Assembly: GCA_028288585.1 (NCBI GenBank)
Contig: JAQBNL010000021.1
Location: 9,221 to 73,220, forward strand
From: Chitinophagaceae bacterium
Lineage (GTDB): Bacteria; Bacteroidota; Bacteroidia; Chitinophagales; Chitinophagaceae
Length of the DNA: 64,000 nucleotides
Direction: 5' to 3'
In this document: piece by piece, positions 1 through 10,161 of the stretch
Numbering within the stretch: the first letter of the stretch is position 1
Layout: every line of letters begins with the position of its first letter
The notes under the pieces: model-generated
Databases searched by the model: none
Told to the model about the DNA's origin: nothing
What the model saw: only the letters and a program-made list of their open reading frames with translations
Made by a program: the position numbers and the translations under genes

Positions 1-285
1 TTTTTGCCCACTGTAATCTTTTAAAATAACGCCTGAACCTTTTTTGGAGTCATAAATAGTTACTTCACTTCCTAACCCGCTAACCAGTTCACTCCTGCTT
101 TGGCTGCCCTTAATATAAATAGTAGTGGTAGCTCCATCGAGCATATCTGCCATCTTAGGCTCATTACTTCCTGTTTGAATAGAAATATTATAGAGTAAAG
201 TTCCTTCAGAAATTATTTTCTGGGCGCTTACTGTAAAAGTGCTTAGGAAAAGGGCAATGCTAAATCCAGTCTTTAAAATTTTCAT
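1..285 (-). CDS. Secreted hypothetical protein, 5' part only (runs off the left edge); possibly GLPGLI/DUF4412-like
   Basis: Manual translation from ATG at 285: MKILKTGFSIALFLSTFTVSAQKIISEGTLLYNISIQTGSNEPKMADMLDGATTTIYIKG..., open to base 1, with a signal peptide. Not in the ORF track. Confidence 0.75.
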   Translation of the reverse strand, partial: MKILKTGFSIALFLSTFTVSAQKIISEGTLLYNISIQTGSNEPKMADMLDGATTTIYIKGSQSRSELVSGLGSEVTIYDSKKGSGVILKDYSGQK

Positions 286-362
286 TTATCGAATTTTATA
301 ATCCCTTAGGAACTAATTAAAAGACTTAGTAACTTAATAAATGGTTGCAAATCAAGGTTTGG

Positions 363-2207
363 TTATCTTTTCCCTTTATTGGTTTTTTGTTTCATGGTTT
401 GCAATTTTTGATTATTTTCCTGCATAGCTGCAATCCTTTCCTGCCATTTACTTTTAACCGCCGGTTTCTTTTTATTGGCTTCCAGCTGAGCTAATATTTT
501 TTCGTGGTTAATTATATATTTCTGTATAACAAATTGAATAACTAAAGTAATAGCGTTAGAAACAGTATAATACCACGTTAAGGCTGCAGGCTGTGCATTA
601 AACACCCCCAATAAAATAACAGGGAAAATAAAGGGCATATACTTCATTACTGGGTTACTGTTATCCTGCATATTAGCCATGCCGTATAAGGAAATAAGTA
701 AACTTGTTACCACAGCAAAAATGGTAAATAAACTTATGTGACTTCCATATAAAGGAATATGAAAAGGAAGATCGTAAATGGAATCATATGCTGAGAGATC
801 TTTAGCCCACCAAAAACTTTGCCCCCGTAATGCAATATTTGAATTAAAGAAATTATATAAAGCAAAAAATATCGGTATTTGCAGCAAAGCTGGTATACAA
901 CCTCCCAAAGGATTTACACCTGCACTTTTAAATAATTTCATTTGCTCCATTCCAAAAGCCTGTTTATCATCCCCAAATTTTAGTTTTAAAGCATCTATTT
1001 CAGGCTTTAATAATTTCATTTTTGCTCCGCTTAAATAACTCTGGTATGTAAGTGGTGAAATTAATAACCTGATGATTATAGTTAGTAACGCAATTACCAA
1101 CCCGTAGCTCGCAAACTTACTGCCCAGGTAATTAAACACAGGCATTATGAACCCACGGTTAATATATTTCACAAAAGCAAAAACCCCACTACCCAGGGGC
1201 ACAATATTATGCATCTGGTTACCATAAGATTTTAAAATTTTATAATCACTTGGCCCATAAAATAATTGTAAAGGAACATTTGCCACTGATCCAGTAGGTA
1301 GATTTATCCTGCAATTAGAAGTTGCCTGAGCAATAACATGCAGGTTAGTATCTGATGGAACTGTCCACTGTATCTCTGCGCTTTCAAACTTATTTTTAGC
1401 AAGAATTGCGGTAGCAAAAAATTGTTGCTTTAATGTTATCCATTCTACAGGCTTATCAAATTTTTTGTCACCTCCTGAGCCCAGGTTCTCAAAATCATAA
1501 TCACCATCCTTTACATATGCTATATGCGATTGCTGGTTTTCATGTTGAATATCTTTTTCAACCTGTGGGGCTTGTGCCTGCCAGGTAAGGTTAAGCTTGT
1601 TTTGCGTGATCAATTTATCAGCGCCATTAAAAACTACATTAAAATCGAGCATATAACTGCTATCCGGCAAAGTATATTGATGTTCTATACTTTGTCCTTC
1701 AGCATTTTGAAGTGTAAAAGTAATAGCGTTTTTTCCGCTGCCGGTAGCCACTTGTTGAGGTTTAAAGAATAAATCAGCCGTTTGAGCTGTTTGATTTATT
1801 CCTGTATTTATGGGGTAAGATATTTTATTAAAACTTCCATTTTCAAGAATTAAAGGTTTACCATCAAAGGTTTTGAATTTTTTTAATTCTACAATCTTAG
1901 GTTGACCGCCTTTATTAGTGAAAACTATTTTTATTACCTGGTTTTCTAAAGTGATTAACTGCTCAGTATTTGTTGCAGAATCCTGTTGAAATGCAGAGGA
2001 AATTTGCTTTACAGTTGAATCTTTTTTAGCAGAATCTGGTTTAGCAATTATTGAATCCGTTTTTGGTTTTAACCTGTTGATGGAATCCTGTATATGCTGC
2101 TTATTTTTTTCTAAAACCAGCTGGCCTTGCCTGGTATAATAAAAATATCCAAAAAATAAAACTGCCAATAATACAAAGCCAATTATCGTATTTCTATCCA
2201 TTCCCAT
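363..2207 (-). CDS. yidC: Membrane protein insertase YidC
   Basis: N-terminal TM, large periplasmic domain, YidC core motifs (YFGP-like FYGP, GGCIPALLQIPIFFA, FWWAKDLS). Confidence 0.97.
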   Translation of the reverse strand: MGMDRNTIIGFVLLAVLFFGYFYYTRQGQLVLEKNKQHIQDSINRLKPKTDSIIAKPDSAKKDSTVKQISSAFQQDSATNTEQLITLENQVIKIVFTNKGGQPKIVELKKFKTFDGKPLILENGSFNKISYPINTGINQTAQTADLFFKPQQVATGSGKNAITFTLQNAEGQSIEHQYTLPDSSYMLDFNVVFNGADKLITQNKLNLTWQAQAPQVEKDIQHENQQSHIAYVKDGDYDFENLGSGGDKKFDKPVEWITLKQQFFATAILAKNKFESAEIQWTVPSDTNLHVIAQATSNCRINLPTGSVANVPLQLFYGPSDYKILKSYGNQMHNIVPLGSGVFAFVKYINRGFIMPVFNYLGSKFASYGLVIALLTIIIRLLISPLTYQSYLSGAKMKLLKPEIDALKLKFGDDKQAFGMEQMKLFKSAGVNPLGGCIPALLQIPIFFALYNFFNSNIALRGQSFWWAKDLSAYDSIYDLPFHIPLYGSHISLFTIFAVVTSLLISLYGMANMQDNSNPVMKYMPFIFPVILLGVFNAQPAALTWYYTVSNAITLVIQFVIQKYIINHEKILAQLEANKKKPAVKSKWQERIAAMQENNQKLQTMKQKTNKGKR

Positions 2208-2223
2208 ATTAAAAAATTAGTGG

Positions 2224-2231
2224 GCAAAGGT
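2224..2231 (-). promoter_or_regulatory. Bacteroidota sigma-70 -7 element (TACCTTTG) upstream of yidC
   Basis: Exact TAnnTTTG match 17 nt upstream of the ATG. Confidence 0.6.
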
Positions 2232-2261
2232 AAGCAAGTTTGCAGTTAATATTGGTAAGTC

Positions 2262-2295
2262 AAAAAATAGATATGCCCTCATTTGAGGGCATATC
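2262..2295 (-). terminator. Intrinsic terminator after rplY
   Basis: Stem GATATGCCCTC/GAGGGCATATC with a 4-nt loop, followed by a T-run on the minus strand. Confidence 0.8.
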
Positions 2296-2322
2296 ATAAG
2301 TATAAAATAAAAACTTAGTAGT

Positions 2323-2970
2323 TTATTTTTTGCCAGCTGGCGCAGCTGCAGCTTTAGCAGCGGGAGCAGGCGTTGCAGCTGCTGCAGCTGTGGGTGCTTT
2401 AACAGTTGTTGCTTCTTCCTGCTTTAACTGGCGTGTAAGTGTAACTGATGCAATGGGTATACGTGGCGAATTTAGAACTTCCATATTTGACGCCTCTACA
2501 TCCTGTACACGTAAATTATCATTAAGCTCCAGATGAGTTATATCTATTTCAATATTTTCACGCAAATATTTTGGCAGCGTTTTTATTTTTAGCGATTTCA
2601 TTTTAGTTACCAGCTTTCCTCCGGCCTTTACACCAGCGGGAACTCCTTTAAACTTTAAAGGAAGTGTTACAGTAACTTTTTTATCTTCAACCAACTCTAA
2701 AAAATCTACATGAATTAATTGATCGCTTACTTTACCAAACTGAATATCTTTTAATACACAACGGTATGGTGTGCCATCTATATTAATTTCGGCCAGCATA
2801 AAATCAGGTGTATAAACGATGTTTTTAAATGCCGTTGCAGGGGCCGAAAAGTTTATTTCCTTTGCACCGCCGTAAATTACACCTGGCACTTTTTCCTCAG
2901 AGCGAAGTTGGCGGGTGGCTGTTTTGCCAAACTCGGTCCTGAGTTGTCCTTTGATTGTAATAGTGTTCAT
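2323..2970 (-). CDS. rplY: 50S ribosomal protein L25 / general stress protein Ctc
   Basis: RxxxKVPGVIYG motif, IHVDF, GVKAGG, Ala/Lys-rich tail. Confidence 0.96.
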   Translation of the reverse strand: MNTITIKGQLRTEFGKTATRQLRSEEKVPGVIYGGAKEINFSAPATAFKNIVYTPDFMLAEINIDGTPYRCVLKDIQFGKVSDQLIHVDFLELVEDKKVTVTLPLKFKGVPAGVKAGGKLVTKMKSLKIKTLPKYLRENIEIDITHLELNDNLRVQDVEASNMEVLNSPRIPIASVTLTRQLKQEEATTVKAPTAAAAATPAPAAKAAAAPAGKK

Positions 2971-2994
2971 TTTATATAATTAATTTTTGAGGCG

Positions 2995-3002
2995 CAAAGG
3001 TA
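2995..3002 (-). promoter_or_regulatory. -7 promoter element (TACCTTTG) upstream of rplY
   Basis: Exact TAnnTTTG match. Confidence 0.6.
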
Positions 3003-3093
3003 GGAAATAAAATTTTCTGAACCATGATTTATCCTGCTCAATTTGGCCAGATAACAGGAAATTGCCTGATCGTAATCATAAATCCCGAAAGGA

Positions 3094-4050
3094 TTACTTT
3101 TTATTCAACATTTTACTACGCAGGAATAAGCTGTTAATACTTTTATTTTCAACAGCATTACGAATGGCAATAGCGAATAAATCTGCCACGGAAACTACTT
3201 TTATTTTGGGGATAGTATTTTTTACCGGGATAGTATCACAAACTACAAGTTCAATTAGTGCACTGTTTTCTATATTTTCATAAGCTTTGCCACTTAATAC
3301 CGGGTGAGTACAAAATGCTCTTACACTTCTTGCTCCTTTCTCTTTTAATAACCCTGCACTTTTTGCTAAAGTGCCTCCTGTATCACAGATGTCGTCTATT
3401 AAAACAATATCTCTATCAGTTACATCACCAATAACAACCATGCTGGTAATTTCATTGGCACGCTTTCGGGTTTTATCACAAATCACCATTTCTACTTCAA
3501 AATAACTGGCCACTTCCCTGATACGGTTAGCACTTCCCACATCCGGGGCCGCAAAAGTCAAATTTTTTAATTTAAGGTCTTCGATATATGGAATAAAAAT
3601 CGCCGAAGAATCCAAATGGTCTACAGGTATATCAAAATATCCCTGAATTTGTGGAGCATGCAAATCCATAGTTATTACCCTGTCTGCACCTGCTGCCGTT
3701 AACATATTTGCTACAAGTTTTGACCCGATTGCCACCCTGGGCCTGTCTTTTCTATCCTGCCGTGCATACCCATAATAGGGAATAACAGCAATCACTTTAT
3801 ATGCTGATGCTCTTTTTGCAGCATCAATCATCAAAAGCAATTCCATTAAGTTATCTGTTGGAGCAAAGGTGCTTTGCACTAAAAAAACAAATTGCCCTCT
3901 TATACTTTCCTGAAACTCTACGCTGATTTCTCCGTCGCTGAATTTTTGAATATTTATTTTGCCTAAAGGCTCACCAAACTTTAATGCAATTTGGTTTGAA
4001 AGCTGCCGGGACCCTGTGCCTGAAAAAATTTTTACGTTTGTATGGATCAT
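3094..4050 (-). CDS. prs: Ribose-phosphate pyrophosphokinase
   Basis: FSDGE, PYYGYARQDRK, DLHAPQIQG, DDICDTGGT, THPVLSG motifs. Confidence 0.98.
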   Translation of the reverse strand: MIHTNVKIFSGTGSRQLSNQIALKFGEPLGKINIQKFSDGEISVEFQESIRGQFVFLVQSTFAPTDNLMELLLMIDAAKRASAYKVIAVIPYYGYARQDRKDRPRVAIGSKLVANMLTAAGADRVITMDLHAPQIQGYFDIPVDHLDSSAIFIPYIEDLKLKNLTFAAPDVGSANRIREVASYFEVEMVICDKTRKRANEITSMVVIGDVTDRDIVLIDDICDTGGTLAKSAGLLKEKGARSVRAFCTHPVLSGKAYENIENSALIELVVCDTIPVKNTIPKIKVVSVADLFAIAIRNAVENKSINSLFLRSKMLNKK

Positions 4051-4123
4051 GAAGTTATTTTAAGAGGCAAATAAAATGTGTAGCGAAATTATAATTTAAA
4101 TTGCGATGAATTAACATGCAGGT

Positions 4124-4825
4124 ATGAAAAGTTTAAACAACTCTTCCACTTCCATTAAAAACTGGGCTTTAGACGACAGGCCAAGAGAAAAATTAATTAC
4201 GAAAGGTGCTGCGGTTTTAAGTGATTCAGAATTATTAGCAATTCTTATAAGCACAGGGAGTAAAAGTAAAAGTGCAGTTGAACTTGCAAAGGAAGTTTTA
4301 CAATTAGGCAAAAATAATTTAAATGAACTGGGTAAATTATCAGTGAATGATTTAATGACCATTAAAGGAATTGGAGAAGCAAAGGCTATTACACTGGTTG
4401 CCGCCCTGGAATTAGGGAGAAGAAGACAGGCTACTGCTTCTCTTGTAAAAACTAACATACAATCGAGTAATGATATTGCTGAATATTTAAAAGCAACTTT
4501 AAAAGATTATGCGTACGAAATTTTTGCAGTTGTATTTTTAAACAGGGCTAATAAAATTAATCACTTTGAAATCATCAGCAAAGGCGGGATAACAGGCACT
4601 GTGGCTGATCCGCGGGTGATTTTAAAAAGGGCTTTAGAGCATGACGCAACAGCAATTGTATTATGTCATAATCATCCTTCGGGTAATTTAAAGCCAAGTA
4701 AAGCGGATGAGGACCTGACATTAAAAATAAAAGAAGCAGCAAAGTATTTTGATATTCGTGTAATGGATCACATTATTGTAAGTGAAGATGGACATTACAG
4801 CTTTGCCGATGAAGGAATATTGTAA
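4124..4825 (+). CDS. radC: RadC family JAB-domain protein
   Basis: DRPREKL, GIGEAKA HhH, HNHPSG...PSxAD JAB motif, DHII. Confidence 0.95.
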   Translation: MKSLNNSSTSIKNWALDDRPREKLITKGAAVLSDSELLAILISTGSKSKSAVELAKEVLQLGKNNLNELGKLSVNDLMTIKGIGEAKAITLVAALELGRRRQATASLVKTNIQSSNDIAEYLKATLKDYAYEIFAVVFLNRANKINHFEIISKGGITGTVADPRVILKRALEHDATAIVLCHNHPSGNLKPSKADEDLTLKIKEAAKYFDIRVMDHIIVSEDGHYSFADEGIL

Positions 4826-4829
4826 TTAA

Positions 4830-5144
4830 TTAAGCCTGTGCTGTTGGTCCTCCAAAATTAAAGGGAAGTTCTACCGCTTCAATATCCTGGATGTTTCCAT
4901 TTACTGATTCAAATTTTTTTACATTATCTATCATTGCTTTCATAAAACGCTTGGCATGAGTAGGTGTCAAGATTATCCTGCTCTTAACTTTACTCTTCGG
5001 TGTTCCCGGCATTACATTTACAAAATCAACAATAAACTCAGCATGGCTATGCGTAATTATTGCGAGGTTAGCGTATACACCTTCAGAAATTTCTTCTGAA
5101 ATTTCAATATTTAATTGGTTGGGTTGATCTTTTGGGATATCCAT
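4830..5144 (-). CDS. DUF3467 family protein
   Basis: GVYANLAIITHSHAEFIVDF...SRIILTPxHAKR signature. Confidence 0.85.
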   Translation of the reverse strand: MDIPKDQPNQLNIEISEEISEGVYANLAIITHSHAEFIVDFVNVMPGTPKSKVKSRIILTPTHAKRFMKAMIDNVKKFESVNGNIQDIEAVELPFNFGGPTAQA

Positions 5145-5220
5145 TTAACAAAAATAAGAAAGAAGTTATTAGTGCAACTAAATTAGAAAGAGAAATATAA
5201 ATTGGATATAAGAGAATATA

Positions 5221-5248
5221 AAAAAAGCCGCCTCAAAATAGAGGCGGC
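5221..5248 (-). terminator. Intrinsic terminator after susD
   Basis: Stem GCCGCCTC/GAGGCGGC with a 6-nt loop, followed by a T6 run on the minus strand. Confidence 0.85.
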
Positions 5249-5270
5249 CTGTATAAACAAACATCTTTAA

Positions 5271-6749
5271 TTAAAATACATCCCAGAAAAGCTTAGTAGT
5301 AACCTTATCGGTACCAATAGCCGTTGCCGCAGCATTATAATTTGTAGTATTTATATTTTGCTCATCAACATTATACGTAAGGCGAACAGGGTAGGCTGTA
5401 AGGGCTGAAGACGGAGCCACGATAGCTGGCTGATCTAATCTTCTCTGTTCTATCCATTCGTCCCATCCGCGGTTATATAATGCGAAGTATTTTTGTGTAC
5501 CTATTTTTTGTTTGTAGGTACCAGCAGCTGTTGCATAATTTACAGCAGGCTGTGCTAAATAAGCGGCTGCCGATGCAGCACTTCCAGTCCAATACTGGAT
5601 TGAAGCTGTAATTGCATTATTATAGTGCGTTGCTGCAGTACCCCCAACATTATATCCTCTTTCTACTGCTTCTGCCAGAAAAAATTCAACTTCGTCATAA
5701 CTTAATAAAAGAGACGGAAAATCCGCATTAGTTATTCTTCCTATTGAACCTTTTACCAATGCAGAACCAGAAGGTTTTGAAAAGCTTGAATAATTACTGG
5801 ACGCACCAGGTGTAGCCCCTAAATAAGCCGCATTTGTCTCATTAACAGTTGTAAAATAATAAGGTAAACGGGGATCGTTTAAAGTTTTTAAGGGGTCTAT
5901 AATAGTTTTCGTTCCAACGAAATCTTTTCTTCCGCTTTGCACTAAATCTACCCATATAGGATTTGTATTTGGGGGACCGGTAAGATACCCATATTCAGCA
6001 TTGTCTGCATTTGAAGTAAATACACCTGTAGCAACTGCAGCTTCTACTGTAGTTTTAGAAAGAGCAGGATCAGCATCTGCCAATGTCATTCCTATTTTCA
6101 ATTTGAAAGAAGCAGCAAATTTTTTCCATGCTGTTGGATCACCTCCATAAATAACATCCGCATCTCCAAAACTTTCATTTGCAGTATTAAGTGCCGGTAT
6201 ATCAGCATCTAGCCTTTTTATAAGATCAACAAATATTGCTTTTTGGTCGTCATATTTTGGAAATGGTTTTTCAATATTTAATGCTTCACTATATGGAATA
6301 TTTCCAAAAGTAGTCACAAGATAATACCATGTATAAACTTCCATTATATCTACTATCGCTATCTCGTTCTTTTGTTTACCCGGGTCTAAAACTTGTGTAA
6401 CTGAATTTTTTACATCAGTAGGGATTAACTTTTTAGCTTCCTGAAAATCCCTCAATACATCTCTGTATAGCGCATTCCAAACACCTCGAGGAATCTGTCT
6501 TGTCTGCAAATCATAGTTGCTCTCATCAGTATAGGTAGTCTCTGTCCAGTATTGAACTATCAACCTGAAGATATTCAGGTTTACACTTGATGAGGTTAAT
6601 GTATTACTTAATGTATGTTGAGCATTGGTAAACAATGCGTAGGAAGGAACTGAACTAGGATTTTTGGGATCCTCGTTAAGACTAGTCAAGTTCTTCTTAC
6701 AACCTGCTATAAGCAGGAATAGAATTGATATTATTAATAATTTTTTCAT
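5271..6749 (-). CDS. susD: SusD/RagB family nutrient-binding lipoprotein (SusD-like 2)
   Basis: Lipobox LIAGC, FGNIPYSEAL, IGTQKYFALY...W.EQRR, KLFWDV; directly downstream of susC. Confidence 0.92.
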   Translation of the reverse strand: MKKLLIISILFLLIAGCKKNLTSLNEDPKNPSSVPSYALFTNAQHTLSNTLTSSSVNLNIFRLIVQYWTETTYTDESNYDLQTRQIPRGVWNALYRDVLRDFQEAKKLIPTDVKNSVTQVLDPGKQKNEIAIVDIMEVYTWYYLVTTFGNIPYSEALNIEKPFPKYDDQKAIFVDLIKRLDADIPALNTANESFGDADVIYGGDPTAWKKFAASFKLKIGMTLADADPALSKTTVEAAVATGVFTSNADNAEYGYLTGPPNTNPIWVDLVQSGRKDFVGTKTIIDPLKTLNDPRLPYYFTTVNETNAAYLGATPGASSNYSSFSKPSGSALVKGSIGRITNADFPSLLLSYDEVEFFLAEAVERGYNVGGTAATHYNNAITASIQYWTGSAASAAAYLAQPAVNYATAAGTYKQKIGTQKYFALYNRGWDEWIEQRRLDQPAIVAPSSALTAYPVRLTYNVDEQNINTTNYNAAATAIGTDKVTTKLFWDVF

Positions 6750-6760
6750 TGTATATTATT

Positions 6761-9700
6761 TTAAAACTTGAATTTAACATTAAATGCAATGGTTCGTGTA
6801 GTTGGATACGCACCACTCTGATAACCCTGATAATTACCCGAACTAATGTTTTCTTCAGGATCTGCATATGGTAAATTTTTGTGAATAAGCCAAAGGTTTC
6901 TTCCAATTAAGCTTAGGTCAATCCCTTTAAAGCCTGGTATATGATTCATTATATTCTTAGGCAGAGAATAGGTTAATACAGCCTCCCGAAGCTTAACATA
7001 ACTTGCATCGTAAATAAAGCCTGCGGCTGGAACTCTTCTATAACCATAGCTGCCAAATTCTGCATTGGTTACTCTTACCGTATTTACTTTACCGGTAGCA
7101 TCAACTCCCTGGTTAATAATACCGCCGCCGTTGGCGAGTGAATTTCTTGATGGTTTACCAAGATCATTAAGACCCGCAGTCTCAGGATACAATCCTGTAG
7201 CTAAGCCATAGTATAAGTCAAGAGAGAATAACTCTCCACCCTGGCGTACATCTATCAACCAGCTTAAAGAAAGATTTTTATATTTCAATGTATTATTAAT
7301 ACCACCTATCCAGTCTGGATTTGGATTGCCAATAACTTCATTGGATGTTGTAGAAAGTCTGTAGCGGCCATTTGCACTTGTTATTCTCTCCGCAGGAGTT
7401 CCTGATGTTTTAGTTTTTGTAGGACTATTTGCGTCAAAATATACAAAATTTTGTCCTCTTAAAGTGCCAAATGGTTGACCTAATGTTGCATTAATAGAAA
7501 CACCCCCCTGGAAGTTTGCCAATAATAGGTTGGAAGAACCTTCAAATAATGATTTCACTGTATTTCTGTTTCTTGTCCAGTTTAAGTTTATAGTCCAGGA
7601 AAAATCTTTTGTCTGAACTGGTGTGCCATATACAGATAATTCAATGCCTTTATTTACCATTGTCCCGGCATTTAAAAACTTAGAACTATAACCGGTAGCA
7701 GTTGAAACTGTTGTTGGCAATATCTGGTTAAAGCTTTCCGCATTGTAATAGGTTATATCAAAACCAGCACGTGATTTAAGAAATGCCATTTCCAAACCTA
7801 TCTCGGTGCTTTTAGTTTTTTCCGGTAGTAGATTCGGGTTATTTTTAGTACTAGCAACGGAGGCTTGCGGGTTTGAACCAAAAGGAGTAACAATATTGTA
7901 TACATCCAAAGTACTATAAACCGGGGCATCGGCACCAACCTCAGCATAATTTCCCCTTAATTTTCCGTAAGATAACCAGGTTGTAGTTGGAAGTAATTTT
8001 GAGAAAACCCAACCTAAAGATATGGAAGGATAATAATATGTATTATTTCCCTTTGGTAAAGTTGAAGATACGTCTCTTCTTAACGTAGCATCAAGGGTTA
8101 GCATATTTTTATAAGATATAGTAGCACCACCAAATATACCATCAACCTCTTTCCTTGCATCAGATTCAAAAGGTGCATTTACAGGATTTGCCGAGTTGGA
8201 AAGTGAATAAATTCTTGGCACTATTAACCCGCCATTTGTAGTTGCAGATATAGATTCTATATGCTGCTTACGAATGTTTCCTCCCAATAAGGCTTTAACA
8301 TTTAAATCTGTACTAATGTTCTTATCAAAATTTAATAACAGGTCATAATTGGTTTCCCTGTAACCACGGTTAAATCTTGAATAGGATGAAGTGGTTGTAC
8401 TGCTAAAGGCTTGTCTTTCCTCCTGGAGTTCATCATATGAATCCAAAGATACCCTACCCATAAGATTTAACGAGCTGGTTATTTTATAATTAAGAAGAGC
8501 ATTCCCAAAGTATCTGTTACGTGAATCATTTTCGTAATTTTCATAACGGTTAAAATATACATTATCCCAATAGATAGGAGTAGGATCCGTAGGATCTGCA
8601 GGGTTCCAGGTAACATTTTTCTTTTCTCTGAAATATGCCTCTTTTTGTTCTTTAATATCAGTATTTACCTGCCACCACTGTCTGAAATTATCTGCTACGT
8701 TCTTATCATCATAACCAGTTCCATATCTTCCAAGGCCTACAATGTTTGAGAAGTTAATATTAGCCGAGGCAGAAAGTTTGGAGGTTATGTTATAGGTACT
8801 TCCAAAATTGAAAATGTTTTTAGTAATCTTACTGTTAGGAAGAATACCCTTATCATCGTTGCGGGTAAATCCAACTTTAAATGAACCTTTATCTGATCCG
8901 CCATCAATATATATACTGTTGTTGAAAGAAATAGGTTTTTCAAAAAATGTGGTTGGGTCATTAGCAGCAGCTACCCACGGGCGGGCTTTTCCAAAGTTAG
9001 GAGAAGAAGGATCAAAAGCATCCCATTGATAAACCATTAAGTTCGGATCAAACCTTCCTCCATAAGAAGCATCTTCGCTCGTTGGGTATACTAATCTTCC
9101 TGCCGGGTTATTTGGAGCTACCGGGGCAAAACCATTTGCAGGGTCACGATAAAAAAAGTAACCTGTTGCGTCTTCATAAAATGGTCCATAACCGCCACCA
9201 TATTCTTTTTGATATTTTGCAAAAGTTGATTTATCCATAGCACCAGCGGAAATACCTGAATTAATTGTAATTCCCAGTCCTCTTGAACCTTTTTTAGTAT
9301 TTATTAAAATAACGCCATTGCTACCTCTTGACCCATACAATGCACTAGCAGCAGCGCCTTTTAATACAGTAATAGATTCAATATCATCAGGGTTAATATC
9401 AGCGGCAGCATTTCCATAGTCAAATCCTCCTCTACCAGTTCTCTGGTTGGTAGAATTGGTATTCGAGTTATCGAAAGGAACCCCATCTATCACAAATAAG
9501 GCCTGATTACTACCGGTAATTGATTTAGTTCCCCGCAAAATAACATTGGTAGAACCACCCAATGTATTTGTTTGGCGAAGCTCTAAGCCCGATACTTTTC
9601 CTGAAAGATTATTAATGAAATTAGATGAACGCGTTTTACTAACTTCCTCACCCAAAACCGACTGAGCAGCATAAGCCACCTGGTTACGGTTTCTTCTGAT

Positions 9701-10030
9701 ACCTAGGGCGGTTGTTATAGTAACCCCTGTTAATTCAGTTCCACTGCGTACTAAACTTACATTCACAGTAGATTGATTTCCCACTGCAACCTCTTGAGTG
9801 GTAATACCAACACCACTAAAAACAAGCGTTGAGCCTGATGGAACAGAAAGCCTGAAATTGCCCATTGCATCAGCAGCAGTTCCGGTTTTTGATCCTTTAA
9901 CCCTAACAGTTGCGCCTTCAATAGGCACTCCTTTATCATCAGTTACTGTACCGGTCACCACCCGGTCCTGGGCAAATGCTAATATTCCACTAAATATCAG
10001 CATTACAAACAGTGTTAAAAATTTTCTCAT
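6761..10030 (-). CDS. susC: SusC/RagA family TonB-dependent transporter
   Basis: CarboxypepD-like N-terminal domain, plug motif DINPDDIESITVLKGAAASALYGSRGSNGVILI, barrel ending in F. Confidence 0.97.
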   Translation of the reverse strand: MRKFLTLFVMLIFSGILAFAQDRVVTGTVTDDKGVPIEGATVRVKGSKTGTAADAMGNFRLSVPSGSTLVFSGVGITTQEVAVGNQSTVNVSLVRSGTELTGVTITTALGIRRNRNQVAYAAQSVLGEEVSKTRSSNFINNLSGKVSGLELRQTNTLGGSTNVILRGTKSITGSNQALFVIDGVPFDNSNTNSTNQRTGRGGFDYGNAAADINPDDIESITVLKGAAASALYGSRGSNGVILINTKKGSRGLGITINSGISAGAMDKSTFAKYQKEYGGGYGPFYEDATGYFFYRDPANGFAPVAPNNPAGRLVYPTSEDASYGGRFDPNLMVYQWDAFDPSSPNFGKARPWVAAANDPTTFFEKPISFNNSIYIDGGSDKGSFKVGFTRNDDKGILPNSKITKNIFNFGSTYNITSKLSASANINFSNIVGLGRYGTGYDDKNVADNFRQWWQVNTDIKEQKEAYFREKKNVTWNPADPTDPTPIYWDNVYFNRYENYENDSRNRYFGNALLNYKITSSLNLMGRVSLDSYDELQEERQAFSSTTTSSYSRFNRGYRETNYDLLLNFDKNISTDLNVKALLGGNIRKQHIESISATTNGGLIVPRIYSLSNSANPVNAPFESDARKEVDGIFGGATISYKNMLTLDATLRRDVSSTLPKGNNTYYYPSISLGWVFSKLLPTTTWLSYGKLRGNYAEVGADAPVYSTLDVYNIVTPFGSNPQASVASTKNNPNLLPEKTKSTEIGLEMAFLKSRAGFDITYYNAESFNQILPTTVSTATGYSSKFLNAGTMVNKGIELSVYGTPVQTKDFSWTINLNWTRNRNTVKSLFEGSSNLLLANFQGGVSINATLGQPFGTLRGQNFVYFDANSPTKTKTSGTPAERITSANGRYRLSTTSNEVIGNPNPDWIGGINNTLKYKNLSLSWLIDVRQGGELFSLDLYYGLATGLYPETAGLNDLGKPSRNSLANGGGIINQGVDATGKVNTVRVTNAEFGSYGYRRVPAAGFIYDASYVKLREAVLTYSLPKNIMNHIPGFKGIDLSLIGRNLWLIHKNLPYADPEENISSGNYQGYQSGAYPTTRTIAFNVKFKF

Positions 10031-10161
10031 GTGTAATTTAGTTTTTTTTTGAATTTGTAAATATAGCAGATTTTTTGAAATGCCAAAAAAGCGTTAAATA
10101 TTTTATATGGCATTATCTCTCACATAAAAGGACAAGGAGCCGGATAAAAGTGCTGCGTAGG

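Noticed and set aside
4124-4825. radC as a mobile-element marker
   Set aside because: Full-length chromosomal type with the N-terminal HhH region, beside prs, with no integrase or other element genes.
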